A stretch of 64,000 bases of DNA from Squalus acanthias (Eukaryota), in assembly GCA_030390025.1 (NCBI GenBank), contig JASTWF010000036.1:1240001-1304000 (forward strand), read 5' to 3'. Position numbers and translations under genes: made by a program. The notes beneath the pieces are model-generated. The model was not told where the DNA came from, made no database searches, and was given only the letters and a program-made list of their open reading frames with translations. Positions 61,015 to 64,000 of this stretch are shown piece by piece. Position 1 is the first letter of the stretch. Every line of letters starts with the position of its first letter.

Positions 61015-61466
61015 AAAGAAAGAACTCACATTTATACAGCGCCTTTTACAATCTCACGACATGCCAAAGTGCTTCACAGCCAATGAAGTACTTTTGAAGT
61101 GTAGTCACTGTTGTAAAGACAGGAAATGTGGCAGCCAATTTACGCACAGCAAGGTCCCACAAACAGCAGTGAGATAAACGATCACATAATCTGCGTTAGT
61201 GATATTACTTGAGGGAAAAAAGTTGGCCAGGAGACTGCCCCTGATCTTCTTCGAATAGTGCCCTGGGGTCTTTTACGTCACCAAGGAGGGCAGACAGGGC
61301 TTTGGTTTCACATCTCATCTGAAAGACGGTGCCTCTGAAAGTGCGGCACTCCCTCAGTATTGCACTGGAGTGCCAGCCTGGATTATGTGCTCAAGTCTCT
61401 GGAGTGGGGCTTGAACCCACGACCTTTCGACTCAGGCAAGAGTTCTACCACTGAGCCACGGTTGAC
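61015..61466 (-). mobile_element. SacSINE1-like SINE, near full length, diverged
   Basis: Homologous to the other copies in the window. Confidence 0.8.
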
Positions 61467-61840
61467 ATTGCCACCTTAGAAGAGGTTTCTCTCACTCTTT
61501 CTCCCTCGGTTTCCCATCCCCATCCGCAACAGCACCTACTATACAACACTAACAGATTCAGGACCCACGGAGGATAAAATTCCTCCTGTTAACAACTTTA
61601 TCACAGAGGTAACCTGTACTGGGCTGTGATCCCAACCTCAAACCCCTGCTCTTCCATTCTTGAAATGGGAGTAAAGATGCTTCCAAGCATTGTTTCCCCA
61701 AAGCAGCAATCCAGCCCTGGTACCACCTGAACCACTGCCCACAACCACCCACTCTGAGCACCACTCTCAATGCAACAGCCATTTGTGCCACAGCAGTGCA
61801 GTATTAAGACAGCCACTAGGCAACGACCAGTTTGTGTCAC

Positions 61841-62338
61841 GACATCGAATTTACAGCACGGAAGCAGGCCATTCTCCCCTCTTCATCTCACCCTATCACC
61901 ATATCCTTCTATTCCTTTCTCCCTCGTGTGTTTATCTAGCTTCCCCTTAAATGCGTCTGCGCTATTCACCTCAACCACTCCCTGTGGTAGCGAGTTCCAC
62001 ATTCTCCCCACTCTCTGGGTAAAGAAGTTTCTCCTGAATTCCCTTTGGATTTATTAGATTTATTATCTTATATCGATGGCCCCTAGTTCTGGTCTCCCCC
62101 GCAAGTGGAAACATCTTCTCTACGTCTACCCTATCGAACACCTTCATAATTTTAAAGACCTCTATCAGGTCACCCCTCAGCCTTCTCTTTTCTAGAGAAA
62201 AGAGTCCCAGCCTGTTCAATCTTTCCTGATAGTTATAACCTCACAGTTCTGGTATCATTCTTGTAAATCTTTTTTGCACCTTCTCCAGTGCCTCTATGTA
62301 CTTTTTACAATATGGAGAGCAGAACTGCGCACAGTGTC
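61841..62338 (-). mobile_element. CR1 3' fragment
   Basis: LNRLGLFSLEKRRLRGDLIEVFKIMKVFDRVDVEKMFPLAGETRTRGHRYKI. Confidence 0.92.
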
Positions 62339-63324
62339 CACACTGCCAATGTGAAGGTATTCAGCTTGTTATTTAAGTCACCAATTTAAATTACAATTAA
62401 CTAAAACAATTAAGCGGAATACGTTAGTATTCATAATGCAACACAATGATCTATTATGTTAATTATCACAGGTAATTATCATACTTTATCAGTGGCGTTA
62501 ATAAATGAAAAGGCCTCAACCCTTTATGTTCCAGCAATAGCCATTGGTGTGTGTGGTTTCTATGGAAACAGTGGGCCAAGAACTCAGACCTATTCAATTA
62601 ATTGCCTGCATTTAGTTTATTAAAATACACACAAATGAGAAGAGGGACTGTAGAATTGTACCCCAATGGCCTGTTCATATTAAAATGAAGCAAAAGCTCC
62701 AGATGGTTGAATTTCACGCATCGTTGCAAATCAATAATTGTTGTGAATTGATTTTGTTTACTGTACAGCAGCTATTAGTATAATTTGTCGATGTGTTTGT
62801 AACGTCGACCGTACGGGAGCAAACATTAGCCCACAGAATCATGGTACATTTGATAGGAAACGCCACGCAGGCGTTTCATCCCATGGTCTATTAGCTCCCA
62901 CGGCATAAGTCACGCAGTGATTGCATGAAAGGAATTGTGTTCGTCGCATGAGCATCAGAGAGAATAACTGAGCCCAGGAGGATTTGACTACTTCAGTCTG
63001 GAGAGTCGGGCTGCATAGCGGGGACGCGAGGATCGCTGAACATTCTGGAGTACGTCTAAAGACCAGGAAGCATTTATGGAGAACTTTCCCTTAGGAGAGG
63101 AAATAAATAGGGTAGGATCAATTGATTGAGGAGATTGCACATGGTGTGTTAAAAGAGCGAGCTTGATAGGTCAAGTGGCCTCCTCTTGATCCCAGTTTTC
63201 CTCCTGTTAATCTGAGTGTAGGTGGGAACTCAAGAAGGTAACCTGTTAAATCAGAGCCTCCTGAGCAGTGTTTGCAGAGAAGAGAGGGCACAATCTCAGA
63301 GACAGGACCGACAGGGTGAATGAT

Positions 63325-63612
63325 AACAACAACAACAACTTGTATTTATATAGCGCCTTTAACGTAGTAAAATGTCCCAAGGTGCTGCACAGGAGTATTG
63401 TAAGACAAAAAATTTGACACCGAGCCACATAAGGAGAAATATGGGCAGTTGACCAAAAGCTTGGTCAGAGAGGTAGGTTTTAAGGAGTGTCTTAAAGGAG
63501 GAGAGAGAGGTAGAGAGGCGGAGAGGTTTAGGGAGGGAATTCCAGAGCTCAGGGCCGAGGCAACAGAAGGCACGGCCACCAATGGCGGAGCGATTATAAT
63601 CAGGGATGCTCA
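63325..63612 (-). mobile_element. L2-clade LINE 3' end
   Basis: SIPDYNRSAIGGRAFCCLGPELWNSLPKPLRLSTSLSSFKTLLKTYL, with (ttg)n tail. Confidence 0.9.
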
Positions 63613-64000
63613 CGGCAACACGGTGGCATAGTGGTTAGCACTGGTGCCTCACAGCGCCAGGGACCCGGGTTCGAATCTGACCTCGGCTGACTGTCTGTGT
63701 GGAGTTTGCACATTCTCCCCGTGTCTGCGTGGATTTCCTCCGGGTGCTCTGGTTTCCTCCCACAGTCCAAAAATGTGTGGGTTAGGTTGATTTGGCTATG
63801 ATAAATTGACCCTTAGTGTTAGGGGGGGATTAAATATGTGGGGTTATGGGGATAGGATGGGATATGTTAGGGGGAATTAAATACGTGGGGTTACAGGGGT
63901 AGGGTGGGATATGTGTACCGTGGGGATTAAAGCAGGGACAGGGTACTGGATTTGGATGATCAGCCATGATCGTATTGAATGGTGGAGCAGGCTCGATGGG
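63613..64000 (+). mobile_element. HE1-like V-SINE (elasmobranch tRNA-SINE) with CR1/HER1-type tail; runs off the right edge
   Basis: A box tggcatagtgg, B box ggttcgaatc, V-domain gtggagtttgcacattctccccgtgtctgcgtgg, tail gatcagccatgatcgtattgaatggtggagcaggctcg. Confidence 0.88.

Noticed and set aside
63613..63690. tRNA gene
   Set aside because: The A/B boxes belong to the head of an HE1-like SINE and continue into the V-domain; I could not build a complete cloverleaf.

Overview
Eukaryotic, repeat-dominated window, almost certainly from a cartilaginous fish (shark or ray), judging by HE1-like and SacSINE1-like SINEs and shark-type CR1, L2, RTE and Penelope fragments. Positions 1-23.5 kb are one giant CT-rich compound satellite, GTCTCG(CT)n, with a 373-N assembly gap and kb-scale internal duplications. 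It is followed by a ~2 kb 21-bp minisatellite and then ~38 kb of intron-like or intergenic sequence made of nested TE fossils. None of the very long ORFs in the track is a credible gene, and no host protein-coding gene could be confidently identified (only weak candidate exons). The most notable signals are: (i) five minimal hammerhead-ribozyme motifs plus one truncated copy, from two Penelope-like element families, including a ~130-bp ORF-less copy with a 14-bp TSD; (ii) a decayed Gmr1-like Gypsy gag/SCAN-like capsid ORF whose frame is restored by removing a CR1 insertion; (iii) an 80-bp inverted duplication at a CR1 5' junction; (iv) a TIR element with an apparent 8-bp TSD and Harbinger-like MITEs with long perfect palindromes; (v) minisatellites that form homotypic arrays of CCAAT and kappaB-like motifs. 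All family names come from recognition by eye, not from database searches.
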